Part shown: positions 45,668-55,258 of the stretch, one piece after another
How the letters are laid out: each line of letters opens with the position of its first letter
How positions within the stretch are numbered: the first letter of the stretch is position 1
DNA from: an uncultured delta proteobacterium
GTDB taxonomy: Bacteria > Myxococcota_A > Polyangia > Palsa-1104
Assembly: GCA_963785725.1 (NCBI GenBank)
Contig: CAWAWS010000009.1
Span: 64,001 to 128,000 of the forward strand
Direction: 5' to 3'
Length of the DNA: 64,000 bases
Made by a program: the position numbers and the translations under genes
The notes under the pieces: model-generated
Databases searched by the model: none
Seen by the model: the letters and a program-made list of their open reading frames with translations, nothing else
What the model was told of the DNA's origin: nothing

Positions 45668-46252
45668 ATGCGTCGTTATGTACTAGCATTCGTAGCTGCT
45701 CTATTCCTGTTCGCGCCCGCGTTGGCTCGAGCGCAGGTTCCCGGCATCCGAGTCGAGATCGCGCCGCCGGCGCCGCGCGTCGAAGTGCGCCCGATGGCGC
45801 CGTCGCCGCGTCACGTCTGGATCGGCGGTCACTGGGGCTGGCGCGGTGGCGCCCACGTCTGGCTGCCCGGCCACTACGCGTTGCCGCCCGGCGAGGGTTA
45901 CCACTGGGTCGACGCGCGCTGGGTGCCCGAAGGTGGCCGCTACCAGTACTTCGAAGGTCACTGGGCGATGAATCAGCCGCAGCAGCCGACCTACGTCTAC
46001 GATCCGGGTCCGCCGCCGGCGCAGGAGACGATCGTGCAGACGGCGCCGCCGCCGGACATCGTCGAAGTGCGCCCGGCCGCTCCGTTCGGTGGCGCGGTCT
46101 GGATCGGCGGCTTCTGGCATTGGAACGGCACGCGCCACACGTGGGTCGGCGGGCACTGGTCGGCGCCGCGCGCGGGTTACCGCTGGGAAAGCGCGCGCTG
46201 GGAGCGTACGCCGCGCGGCTGGGTCCATCGCCCCGGCGGCTGGCGCCGCTAA
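45668..46252 (+). CDS. Secreted YXWGXW/WXXGXW-repeat protein
   Basis: AAGGAG RBS, signal peptide; two modules of APPA/PP..E.RP followed by WIGGHW, WLPGHY, WVGGHW-type repeats. Confidence 0.88.
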   Translation: MRRYVLAFVAALFLFAPALARAQVPGIRVEIAPPAPRVEVRPMAPSPRHVWIGGHWGWRGGAHVWLPGHYALPPGEGYHWVDARWVPEGGRYQYFEGHWAMNQPQQPTYVYDPGPPPAQETIVQTAPPPDIVEVRPAAPFGGAVWIGGFWHWNGTRHTWVGGHWSAPRAGYRWESARWERTPRGWVHRPGGWRR

Positions 46253-46362
46253 GCAGTCGTTCGTCTCGGTAGCACTCGCGTCCGCGTTCGCCTGAGCGCG
46301 CTCGAATCCCCGCAAATCCGACCAGCCGCGAAATCAGAAGCGCCGATGGCGCCGACGAAGGC

Positions 46363-46878
46363 TTACGCCAAGTAGCGTTTGCGGGCGGCCATCGCTTGGC
46401 GGAACTTGTCGGCGTGCGAGCCGGCGGCCGCGCGCGGCTCGGCCGTCTTCGGAAGCGGCGGCGGCGACGGTGACGACTGACGCTGCGGCAGCACCGGCGC
46501 CAACACCGGCTTCAGCGCCGACGGCGTCGCGACGATGGCCGGCGCCACCTGCGTCGCCGGCGCCGCAGCCTGGGGCGACGCCGACCGCGCCTCGCTCTCC
46601 GCCAAGATCGCCACCAGCGACCGCTCGATCCGCTGCATCTCGTCGGCCGACCGGCGCGCGCCCAGCTCGGCATCGCGAATCTTGGCCAGCTCGAGCCGGA
46701 GCTTCCACTCGAGCTCCTCGCGCCGCTCATCGGCGCGCGCGACGCGCTCTTCGTATTGCTCGCGGATCGCCTGCATTTCCTCGGCGTTGAACGACTCGCC
46801 TTGCGTCTGCGCCTGTTTGCGCAGCGCCTCGTACTCGGCTCGCGTGAGCGTGATGAGCTCGTCCGCCCGCATCCGCAT
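46363..46878 (-). CDS. Hypothetical coiled-coil protein with Pro-rich tail
   Basis: AGGAAGGGG RBS; Glu/Arg heptad-rich N-half; no family recognised. Confidence 0.65.
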   Translation of the reverse strand: MRMRADELITLTRAEYEALRKQAQTQGESFNAEEMQAIREQYEERVARADERREELEWKLRLELAKIRDAELGARRSADEMQRIERSLVAILAESEARSASPQAAAPATQVAPAIVATPSALKPVLAPVLPQRQSSPSPPPLPKTAEPRAAAGSHADKFRQAMAARKRYLA

Positions 46879-46909
46879 GTGTGTTGCCCCTTCCTGAACC
46901 GTCACGCGA

Positions 46910-46925
46910 TGCACCGCCCATGCCG
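46910..46925 (-). promoter_or_regulatory. Candidate sigma54 promoter
   Basis: Minus strand CGGCATGGGCGGTGCA (GG-N10-GC), about 30 nt upstream of the ATG at 46878. Confidence 0.4.
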
Positions 46926-47058
46926 CAGTGCTGCCATACAAAGATCAACTAGTTACGCTAGCGCGGTGGTTCCCGTGGACCCCAGCGGCGACGAGAGTAG
47001 TCTCCGATTTTCGGACAGCCGTTGCGCGCGCGGTGAAGAGGCGTTAAGCCTCGCGTAC

Positions 47059-47982
47059 ATGCCCACGCCCGCCGTCGAGACCGTAGCGCTGGCCAAGCGT
47101 TACCCCAAAGTGGAGGCGCTCGCCGGCGTCAACTTGTCCATCGAGCCCGGCGAAATCTTCGCGCTGCTCGGCCCCAACGGCGCCGGCAAGACGACGTGGA
47201 TCTCGATCGTCTGCGGCATCGCGCGGGCCACGTCGGGTCAAGCGCGCGTGCTCGGCCACGACGTCGTCACCGATGCCATGGCGGCGCGTCGCGTCGTCGG
47301 GTTGGTGCCGCAAGAGATCAACTTCGATCCCTTCTTCTCGCCGCGCGAAGTCCTCCGCTTTCAGATGGGCTACTTCGGGGTGCCGCCGTCGGACGATCGC
47401 ATCGACGAGCTGCTCGCGGCGCTGGCGCTGTCGGACAAGGCGGACGTGACGTCGCGCGAGCTGTCGGGCGGCATGAAGCGTCGCCTGCTCATCGCCAAGG
47501 CGCTCGTGCATCGCCCGCGCGTCGCCTTTCTCGACGAGCCGACCGCGGGCGTGGACATCGCGCTGCGTAAGGATTTGTGGGCCTACGTTCGTAAGCTGCG
47601 CGCCGAAGGGACGACGATCGTGTTGACGACGCACTACCTCGAAGAGGCGGAGGAGCTGGCCGATCGCGTCGCGGTGATCGATCACGGCAAGCTCATCACC
47701 GTCGACAAACCGGAGGCGCTCATGCGTCGGCACGGGAACAAGCGGGTGCGCTTCACGCTCGCCGAGCCGCTGGCGGTGCCGCTGTCGGCGCCGCTGCTGG
47801 CGTTCGGCGCCACGCTCGACGACGCGCGCACGGCCATCAGCTGTCCGCTCGAAGGCGACGCCAGCGCCGTCATGGCCGCCGTCGCCGCGATGCCCGGTCG
47901 CGTCGTCGACATGCGCACCGAGCAGCCGTCGTTGGAGCAGGTCTTCCTGGCGCTCACCGGCAGCGCGCACGGTGCGGCATGA
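47059..47982 (+). CDS. ABC-2 exporter ATP-binding subunit (YadG-like)
   Basis: GPNGAGKTT, LSGGMKRR, FLDEPTAGVD, TTHYLEEA. Confidence 0.93.
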   Translation: MPTPAVETVALAKRYPKVEALAGVNLSIEPGEIFALLGPNGAGKTTWISIVCGIARATSGQARVLGHDVVTDAMAARRVVGLVPQEINFDPFFSPREVLRFQMGYFGVPPSDDRIDELLAALALSDKADVTSRELSGGMKRRLLIAKALVHRPRVAFLDEPTAGVDIALRKDLWAYVRKLRAEGTTIVLTTHYLEEAEELADRVAVIDHGKLITVDKPEALMRRHGNKRVRFTLAEPLAVPLSAPLLAFGATLDDARTAISCPLEGDASAVMAAVAAMPGRVVDMRTEQPSLEQVFLALTGSAHGAA

Positions 47983-48740
47983 ACACCATCGGATTCAAGA
48001 CGCTGATCGTCAAAGAGACGCGGCGCTTCCTCAAAGTGCCGGGACAGACGGTGGCGCAGCCGGTCATCACGACGGCGCTCTACTTTCTCGTGTTCGGCTT
48101 CGCGCTCGGTGGGCAGGTCAAGCAGCTCGACGGCATCCGCTACGTGCGCTTCATCGTGCCGGGCCTGGTCATGTTGTCGCTGATTCAGAACGCGTTCCTG
48201 AACACGGCGTCGTCGATGTTCATCCACAAGATGCAAGGCACGATCGTCGACCTGCTGGTGGCGCCGCTGTCGCCGATGGAGCTGCTCGGCGCGTTCACGC
48301 TGGCGGCGACGATACGCGGCATTCTCGTCGGCGGCATCGTCTGGCTCGTCGCGGCGGTGTTCACCGGCTTCGGCGTCGTGCATCCGCTGTGGACGATCGC
48401 GTTCGCCGTCTTGGTGGCGATCGAGTTCTCGCTGTTCGGGCTCGTGGTGGCGATCTGGAGCGACAAGTTCGAGCAGCTCAACCTCGTGCCGACGTTCATC
48501 ATCACGCCGCTGACGTTCTTGGGCGGCGTCTTCTATTCGGCGCGCATGCTGCCGGAGCCGTGGCGATTCGTCACCAAGCTGAACCCGATCTTGTACATGG
48601 TCGAAGGGCTGCGCTTCGGCATTCTCGGGCAGGCGAACGCGTCGCCGTGGCTCGGCATCTCGCTGACGATGACGTTGACGCTCGTGTCGGGCGCGATCGT
48701 GTGGGGAATGCTGAAGACGGGCTACAAGCTGCGGAATTAG
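47979..48740 (+). CDS. ABC-2 exporter permease (YadH-like)
   Basis: Six hydrophobic segments; FIVPGL, PLTFLGGVFYS, LNPILYMVEGLR; ATGA overlap. Confidence 0.93.
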   Translation: MNTIGFKTLIVKETRRFLKVPGQTVAQPVITTALYFLVFGFALGGQVKQLDGIRYVRFIVPGLVMLSLIQNAFLNTASSMFIHKMQGTIVDLLVAPLSPMELLGAFTLAATIRGILVGGIVWLVAAVFTGFGVVHPLWTIAFAVLVAIEFSLFGLVVAIWSDKFEQLNLVPTFIITPLTFLGGVFYSARMLPEPWRFVTKLNPILYMVEGLRFGILGQANASPWLGISLTMTLTLVSGAIVWGMLKTGYKLRN

Positions 48741-48743
48741 TAG

Positions 48744-49613
48744 CTACTTGTCCCAGTCGCGATGAATGTCCTGCGTCTCGCCCGGCTTCAGCGTCACTTC
48801 GATCTTCTCGCGCCGGTTCTTGCCTTCGTTCACCAGCTCGATGACGTGCTTGCCCGACGGTAGCGAGTAGTCGTTGATCGGCGTCTGCCGCAGGCGCTGC
48901 TTGTCGACGAACACGATCGCCCACGGGCGCACGGCGATCGAAATCGTCGCCGTTCCGGCCGGCTCTTTCGGCTTCGTCGCGCTCGAGTGATGCTCGTGAT
49001 GCGCCGCGACCGGCGGCGCGGCTTCCGGCGCCGGCGTCGGATCGGCGACCGGCGGCGCGGCCGGCGTCGGCGCGACCGGCGTCGCCGGCTGCAGCTTGAC
49101 GTTGAACGGATGCTCGCCCTCGGCGACGTAGACTTCCTCTTCCTTCGTCGTAAAGCCGTCGGCCATGAACGTCAGCTTGAGCGTGGCGCCAATCTCGCCT
49201 TCGACCACCGTCGGCGTGAAGCGCGGATGGCGCCGCCCGTCTACGAGGATGCTGGCGCCCGTCGGATCGGAGTTGACGCGCAGCTTGCCCGTCGGCTTGA
49301 CCACGACCACCGGCTTCTTGTTGCGCGGCATCACGACGTTGGCGCCGAACACCGTGCCCGTCGCCACGACGGCGGCGATGATCGGGCCCAGCACCCAACG
49401 TCCCCACGGAAACGCGCGGCCGACGGGCGGCTGCGTCGTGGCCGCGCTGCGACCGGGCGCCGCGACCGGCGCCGGATGTGACACCGGCACTTGTGCGGCG
49501 TCGAGCATCATCGTCGACTGTCCCGACAATGGCGCAGCAGACGGAGCGCGTGGCGGATCGGCGACGGTGGAATCGTCGAGAAAGAGCGTCTTCTGCTTCT
49601 TGTCGTCAGCCAT
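48744..49613 (-). CDS. Single-pass membrane protein with two PEGA-like domains
   Basis: TM segment, then LRVNSDPTGASILVDG...TP and VRPWAIVFVD...TPI..LPSGKHVIELVN. Confidence 0.82.
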   Translation of the reverse strand: MADDKKQKTLFLDDSTVADPPRAPSAAPLSGQSTMMLDAAQVPVSHPAPVAAPGRSAATTQPPVGRAFPWGRWVLGPIIAAVVATGTVFGANVVMPRNKKPVVVVKPTGKLRVNSDPTGASILVDGRRHPRFTPTVVEGEIGATLKLTFMADGFTTKEEEVYVAEGEHPFNVKLQPATPVAPTPAAPPVADPTPAPEAAPPVAAHHEHHSSATKPKEPAGTATISIAVRPWAIVFVDKQRLRQTPINDYSLPSGKHVIELVNEGKNRREKIEVTLKPGETQDIHRDWDK

Positions 49614-49747
49614 GTTGGATGGGCCCGTTTGCGACAGCGAGCCGCTCAGTGCCGGCATCGTATCGCGTTCGCGGACGCTTGACGAGAGGTTCAGCCAGGC
49701 GGTACGTTTTGGCGTCCAAGACCGTTCCAGAGCCGCGAGGGGTGGGA

Positions 49748-50685
49748 GTGAAAAGCGTAATCGTCATCTTCGGTCTCATGTTCGTCATGAGCGGCTGCGC
49801 CGCTCTGACTTCGGCCAAAACCACCGCCGACTCGGCCAAAGGCACCGCCGACGACGCGAAGTCGCAGAAGGACTCGGCCACCGCCACGGTCAAGGACGAG
49901 AAGGGCAAAGCCAAAGGCGGCGACGGCGCCAGCGGCGAAGCGCCGGCGGGCGCGACGCGCCTCGAAGCGTCGGACGCGCCGACCAACACGCCCATCAGCG
50001 ACAAGATCGACTTCAAGAAGGGCAAGATCAACGACTGGCGCAAGTTCTCGCTCGCCGGCAAGCCCGGCTTCGCCAAGTTCATCCTCGACTGGGACGAGGA
50101 GACGGCGAACCTCGACATCGACATCTTCGATCAGTTCGGCAAGAAGATCGGCAAGTCGCCGCCGCGGCTCGAGGGCAAGTCGGAGCGCACGATCCTGCAT
50201 CCGCGTCAACGAGCCTCGGCGTTTACTACGTCAAGATCTCGGGGCCGACGAAGGCCGACAACTCGATCTATACGATGGAGGTGAAGTGGGACGGGCCGCC
50301 GGTCGTGAAGGCGGACCCGAATCAGGGTCAGCAGGCGCAAAATTCGGGTCAAGGCGGCATCGTTCCGCCGCCGCCGCCACCGCCGCCGCCGCCGGCGTGC
50401 GCGCCCGGTGCGGTCTGCCTCGATCCCAACAAAGTGTACGGATCGATCGTGCAGATGGTGCGTGAGAATGGCGGCGTGACGCTCTATCTCGACAAGGGAT
50501 CGTCGGACAAGCTGCACGCCGGCATGTCGGGCACGATTCTCGATGGGCCCGACGGCGACAAGCCGTTCGAAGGCGGCAGCTTCGCCATCACGCAGGTCGT
50601 CGACTCGGGCAAATCGATCGCGCGCTCGACGACGCTGCAAAAGTCGCTCGGCAAGAACCGGCGCATCTCCGTCAACCTGAAGTAG
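49748..50685 (+). CDS. Lipoprotein with PPC-like beta-sandwich, polyproline linker and C-terminal beta domain (frameshift near 50200)
   Basis: GTG after GGGAG-rich leader; lipobox VMSGC; paralogous to the next gene across both frames. Confidence 0.7.
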
Positions 50686-50696
50686 GATACGAGGCC

Positions 50697-51518
50697 ATGC
50701 AACGATTCCTACTTCTAGCGCTTATCTTCGCCGTCGCGGGCTGCCCGCCGAAGAACCCGAAGACGCCCAAAGACAACTTCGACGCCGACGCCAAGAGCGG
50801 ACCCGATCAGAAGCGGTCGGGCGCGCAGATCCTCGACGTCAACAAGCCGCACACCGACGAGATCAGCTATCAGGGTCAGGACAAGACCGACTGGTATCGC
50901 GTCGAGTTGCACGGCAAGCCCAACGTGTTGACGACCAAGATCAACTGGGACAACGACGCCAGCGACGTGCGCATCGACGTCTATGACGAGTTCGGCCAGG
51001 AGATCGCCGCGTCGCCGGTGCGCGACAAGGGCACGAAGGCCAAGAAGCTGCTGACGCAGATCGATAAGCCGGGGATCTACTTCATCCGCGTCACGGCGCC
51101 GACGAAGACCGACGGCACGGTCTACACGATGGAAGCGGAGTGGGAAGAGCCGCCGCCGGTCGTGATCGCGCCGCCGCCGCCACCGCCGCCGCCGCAGGAA
51201 GTCGTCGAGGAGAAGCCGCACAAGCATCGCGAGCCGCGTGAGCCGCGCGAGAAGCCGACCGGCGAGACGGTGCAGGCGCGCGTCGTCAACGCCTATCGCG
51301 AGGGCAACGCGCTCCTCTTGAACATCGACAAGGGCTCGGGCGCCGGCATTCACGTCGGCTGCACCGGCGCCGTCTTGCAGGGCGCGGCCGGTGAAGACGC
51401 GCTCGACGGCGGCGAGTTCAAGATCATCAAAGTTCTCGATGCCAACAAGAGCGTCGGCAGCGCCACCTTGCGCTCGCTCGGCAAGAACAATCGCGTGGCC
51501 ATCACGCTGAGCAAGTAG
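50697..51518 (+). CDS. Lipoprotein paralogue of the previous gene
   Basis: Lipobox AVAGC; DWYRV...GIYFIRV (PPC-like), poly-Pro, LNIDKGSGAGIHVG domain. Confidence 0.8.
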   Translation: MQRFLLLALIFAVAGCPPKNPKTPKDNFDADAKSGPDQKRSGAQILDVNKPHTDEISYQGQDKTDWYRVELHGKPNVLTTKINWDNDASDVRIDVYDEFGQEIAASPVRDKGTKAKKLLTQIDKPGIYFIRVTAPTKTDGTVYTMEAEWEEPPPVVIAPPPPPPPPQEVVEEKPHKHREPREPREKPTGETVQARVVNAYREGNALLLNIDKGSGAGIHVGCTGAVLQGAAGEDALDGGEFKIIKVLDANKSVGSATLRSLGKNNRVAITLSK

Positions 51519-51538
51519 CAACGCACTTCGGGGGCACG

Positions 51539-53069
51539 ATGTCGGGACCAGATCCGCTCGTAGGCAAGACGCTCGCCGACCGCTTCGAGATCATCGAGCG
51601 CATCGGCGAGGGCGGCACCGGCGTCGTTTACCGGGCCAAGCAGCTCTCGGTCGATCGCACCATCGCCATCAAGGTGTTGGGCGCGCACGTGTCGACCGAT
51701 CCGTCGTGGGTCAAGCGCTTCCACAACGAAGCGCGCGCGGCGTCGCGACTCGACCATCCGAACACGGTGCGGCTCATCGACTTCGGGCAGACCAAAGAGG
51801 GGCTGCTCTTCATCGCGATGGAGTATCTGCACGGCAAGTCGCTGCGCGCGGAGATCGACCGCGTGACGCGGCTGCCGCCCAATCGCGTCTTGCGGATCAT
51901 GTCGCAGATGTGCGCGTCGCTGTCGGAGGCGCACAACCAGGGCATCATTCACCGCGACATCAAGCCCGACAACGTCTACCTCGTCGACATGAAGGGCGCG
52001 CGGCGACTTCGTCAAAGTGCTCGACTTCTCGGTGGCGAAGCTGGACGCGCCCGATGCGCAGGTGACGCGCGCCGGCGTCGTCTTCGGCACGCCGCAATAT
52101 ATGTCGCCCGAGCAGGGCCGCGGCATTCCGCTCGACGCGCGCAGCGACATTTACGCCGTCGGCATCGTCGCCTACGAGATGTTGACGGGCAAGCCGCCGT
52201 TCGACGCCAAGGTGCCGACCGAAGTCGTCATGATGCATCTGCGCGACAAGCCGGCGCCGCTGATCGGTCTGCCGCCGCAGCTCATGGACATCGTGATGCG
52301 CGCGCTCGAGAAGGATCCGAACAAGCGTCAGCAGTCGGCGGATGCGCTCGATCAGGAGTGCCAGCAGTGCCTGGCGGAGCTGTTTCCGCGGCAGACGCCG
52401 GGGCTCGGGCATCAGGTGACGCCGCCCGCGATGGCGCCGCCGCCGGCGATGCACGCGCCGCCGCCGGCCGCGATGGCGCCGCCGCTGGCTGCGATGGCGC
52501 CGCCACCGACCGCGAACGTGGCGCATGGCGCGCCGCCGCTCGCCGAGCAGAAGACGATGATGGCGATGGAGGCGCCGCGCGTCGCCGCCGCGCCGCACTC
52601 GGCGCCGCCGCCGGCCGCGCACGAAGCGAAGACGATGATGGCGATGGAAGCGCCGCGCATCGGCGCCGCGCCACAAGAAGTGAAGACGATGATGGCGATG
52701 GAGGCGCCGCGCATCGCCGGCGGCCTCGCGCCACCGCCGGCCGCGCCGCCGCCGCCGTCCGCGCCGCCGCTGGCGACGGGCGGCGCCAACATGAAAACGA
52801 TGATGGCGCAAGAGGCGCCGGCGCTGTCGGCGCAAAAGACGATGATGGCGCAGGCGGGCGGCGGCATCGCCGACGGCAGCACGAAGGTGCTGCCCGATTC
52901 GGCGGGCGTCGTCGCCTACGCGCAGGAGCGCGCGCATTTGGCGCGCGCGTCGGCGTCGCACAAGCAGCTGAAGACACCGCCGGCGGGCGCGCTCTTTTGG
53001 CTCGCGTGGGTGCTCGTCGGCGTCGGCGCCGGCTTGGGCGTCCACTTCTACCTGCTGCAGCGCGGATGA
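51539..53069 (+). CDS. Hanks-type Ser/Thr protein kinase with repeat-rich tail and C-terminal TM (frameshift near 52000)
   Basis: IGEGGTGVVY, AIKVL, HRDIKPDN; then VLDFSVAK, GTPQYMSPEQ, SDIYAVG, TGKPPF; terminal hydrophobic helix. Confidence 0.92.
52551..52856 (+). repeat. Five copies of a KTMMA(M/Q)EAP-coding repeat in the kinase tail
   Basis: AAGACGATGATGGCG-type units at 52551, 52629, 52683, 52794 and 52836. Confidence 0.9.
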
Positions 53070-53575
53070 GCGACGACGTGCCGCGCGACTGGGCGAGCGT
53101 CATCGACGCGCGGCTGATCGCGCGCTGCGAGCAGCATCAGCGCGACGGCGAGCGGCAGCGCGTGCCCAAGCTGGCGACGTGGGTGCAGCCGATGCAGCTG
53201 CACCTCGAGCCCGAAGCCTGGAATACCGGCTTTTTGCGGGTGCGCGAGGCCGATATTCCGGCGCAGCTGCATGTCGACTTGCAGGAGCGCATGCCGCAAG
53301 CGCTGCTGCGCGATCTGCACCGACTGGTGCGCGAGGAGCGCTGGGTCGAGCGCGAGATCGTCGCCGGCACCGAAGATCGGCACGGTCGCGGCTCGCTGGC
53401 CGAGGCGCGCAAGGCGCGGCAGCTGCCGGCGCGCACGCCGGTGGAGCCGTCGACGCGGGTGATGCGCGCGCTGCAGACGTGGCGCCGGAGCCTGCTCGCC
53501 GAGCGTTGGCAGCCGGCGCTGGCCGACGACGAGCCGCGCCGCGCGGTCATGACGGGCGGCGGAATTCCGACCTAG
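53066..53575 (+). CDS. Hypothetical protein, 169 aa, coupled to the kinase
   Basis: ATG overlaps the kinase stop (ATGA); MSDDVPRDWASVIDARL... Confidence 0.6.
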   Translation: MSDDVPRDWASVIDARLIARCEQHQRDGERQRVPKLATWVQPMQLHLEPEAWNTGFLRVREADIPAQLHVDLQERMPQALLRDLHRLVREERWVEREIVAGTEDRHGRGSLAEARKARQLPARTPVEPSTRVMRALQTWRRSLLAERWQPALADDEPRRAVMTGGGIPT

Positions 53576-53615
53576 CCGTCGCTCGCCGCGGTTACTTCCG
53601 CCTGCGCGCCGAAGG

Positions 53616-54479
53616 TCAACGAATGGGAAATGGGCAGACGGCGGGCGGCGTGAACCCGGCGAGGCGCGCGGCCAAGGTCACGGCGTCGGCGGCGACGAAA
53701 TCGGGCGCGGCCGCGTAAACGCAGCCGCGAAAGGCGACGCCGCCCGTCGCCGGCGACAGATCGGCGCGCGCCGGGCAGCCGCCGAGCTGCAGCAGCCGCG
53801 CCGCGACGTAGCAGTCGAGAAAGAGGCGCACATCGAGGGCGCGCGCCAACAGTGGCTGCAGCCGGCCGAGCGTGCGCATCCAGAACGCGCGATCGCACCA
53901 GTCGGGCGGCGGCTTCAAGGCGTTGAGCGCCACTTTGTCGACGGCCGGCACGTCGACGAGCGCCGCCAGCAGGCCGTCGTCGACGAGCTCCGCCGCGAAC
54001 TCGGGCGTGGCCAGGGACGCGATGAGCACGATCTCGAGCGACGGATGCAGCGCCTTCAACGCCGCGGCCGTGGCTGCGATGCGCGCGCGGTCGACGGCGC
54101 CTTTGGCGGGATCGACCGACAAATTGGCGCGCGCTACGCCGGCAAACAGCGCCGGCGACTGGCGCGCCAGCTGCAGCGTCGTCGTGACCGCGACCGGCGC
54201 GCGCGCCGCGGCCACGATCGCCGTCAAGCGCGGCAGCGCCGGCGCCAGCGGCTCCGACACGGCCACGGCCACTTCGTCGTAGCGCAAGCGCGCCAACGCG
54301 TCGGTCAGGAGGGCCAAGTCGGGCGCGGCCGGCCCGTCATTGCGCGCCCCGAGGTAACAAAATGCACAGCCCACGCGACAAGGCACGCCGTCGAGATGTA
54401 GCGACAGCGTGCCCAAAGATCGACCGGGCAGACGTTTGTCGTCGGAAGGACGCGTTGACAGCGTGACGAGCGACGTCAT
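53616..54479 (-). CDS. Radical SAM superfamily protein of unknown function
   Basis: CRVGCAFCY (CxxxCxxC), VSEP at the GGEP position, NLSVD strand, and five further Cys in the C-terminal third. Confidence 0.75.
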   Translation of the reverse strand: MTSLVTLSTRPSDDKRLPGRSLGTLSLHLDGVPCRVGCAFCYLGARNDGPAAPDLALLTDALARLRYDEVAVAVSEPLAPALPRLTAIVAAARAPVAVTTTLQLARQSPALFAGVARANLSVDPAKGAVDRARIAATAAALKALHPSLEIVLIASLATPEFAAELVDDGLLAALVDVPAVDKVALNALKPPPDWCDRAFWMRTLGRLQPLLARALDVRLFLDCYVAARLLQLGGCPARADLSPATGGVAFRGCVYAAAPDFVAADAVTLAARLAGFTPPAVCPFPIR

Positions 54480-54493
54480 AGGATCAATTTCTC

Positions 54494-55219
54494 ATGCGCA
54501 TCGAGAGCGCGGGCAAGACCGACGTCGGGCTGGTTCGCGAGAAGAACGAAGACTCGATGCTCATCGACCCAGCCGTGGGCCTCTTCGTCGTGTGCGACGG
54601 AATGGGCGGTCACGTCGGCGGTCAGGTGGCGTCGCAGCTGGCGGTGGCTACGATCTCGGAGGTCATCCGCGCGGCCGCTCCGCCGCCGCCGGACGTGCCC
54701 GACGCGCTCGTCAGCTCCATCAAAGCGGCCAACGGCGCGGTGTTCGCCAAGGCCAAGGCCGATCCGTCGCTGCACAACATGGGCACGACGGTGGTCGCGG
54801 TGCGCGCGGAGGGCGATCTCTTGCACCTCTGTCACGTCGGCGATTCGCGCATCTACCGGCTGCGGCAAGGCGCGTTCGAGCAGGTGACGCGCGATCATTC
54901 GCTCATCAACTTGTACGAAGAGAACCCGGAGTTGGCCGCGCGCTTCGGGCCGCCGAACTCGAACGTCATCGTGCGCGCGGTCGGCTTGCGCGATCAGGTC
55001 GACGTCGATCATCGCGTCATCGCCATGGAGCCGGGCGACATGTACCTGCTCTGCTGCGACGGCCTGACCGACATGGTCGACGACTGGATGCTGAAGGAGA
55101 TGCTCGCCGACGCCGTCAACGGCACGCTCGACGAAGCCTGCGAGGCGCTCGTGCGCGCGGCGTTGACCAACGGCGGCGTCGATAACACGACCGTCATCCT
55201 GCTCCGCATCCACGAATAG
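54494..55219 (+). CDS. PP2C/PPM family Ser/Thr phosphatase
   Basis: TDVGLVREKNEDS, CDGMGGH, MGTT, HVGDSRIY, TRDHS, CCDGL, GGVDNTT. Confidence 0.95.
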   Translation: MRIESAGKTDVGLVREKNEDSMLIDPAVGLFVVCDGMGGHVGGQVASQLAVATISEVIRAAAPPPPDVPDALVSSIKAANGAVFAKAKADPSLHNMGTTVVAVRAEGDLLHLCHVGDSRIYRLRQGAFEQVTRDHSLINLYEENPELAARFGPPNSNVIVRAVGLRDQVDVDHRVIAMEPGDMYLLCCDGLTDMVDDWMLKEMLADAVNGTLDEACEALVRAALTNGGVDNTTVILLRIHE

Positions 55220-55258
55220 CGCTGGAGCGGCCTTCGTAGTCGCTACTACCACTAGCAA

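Noticed and set aside
52428..52860. CRISPR array
   Set aside because: The repeats are in-frame coding units with irregular spacing inside a kinase, and there are no cas genes.
53066..54479. RiPP cluster built around the radical SAM gene
   Set aside because: No convincing precursor peptide, RRE domain or transporter nearby.
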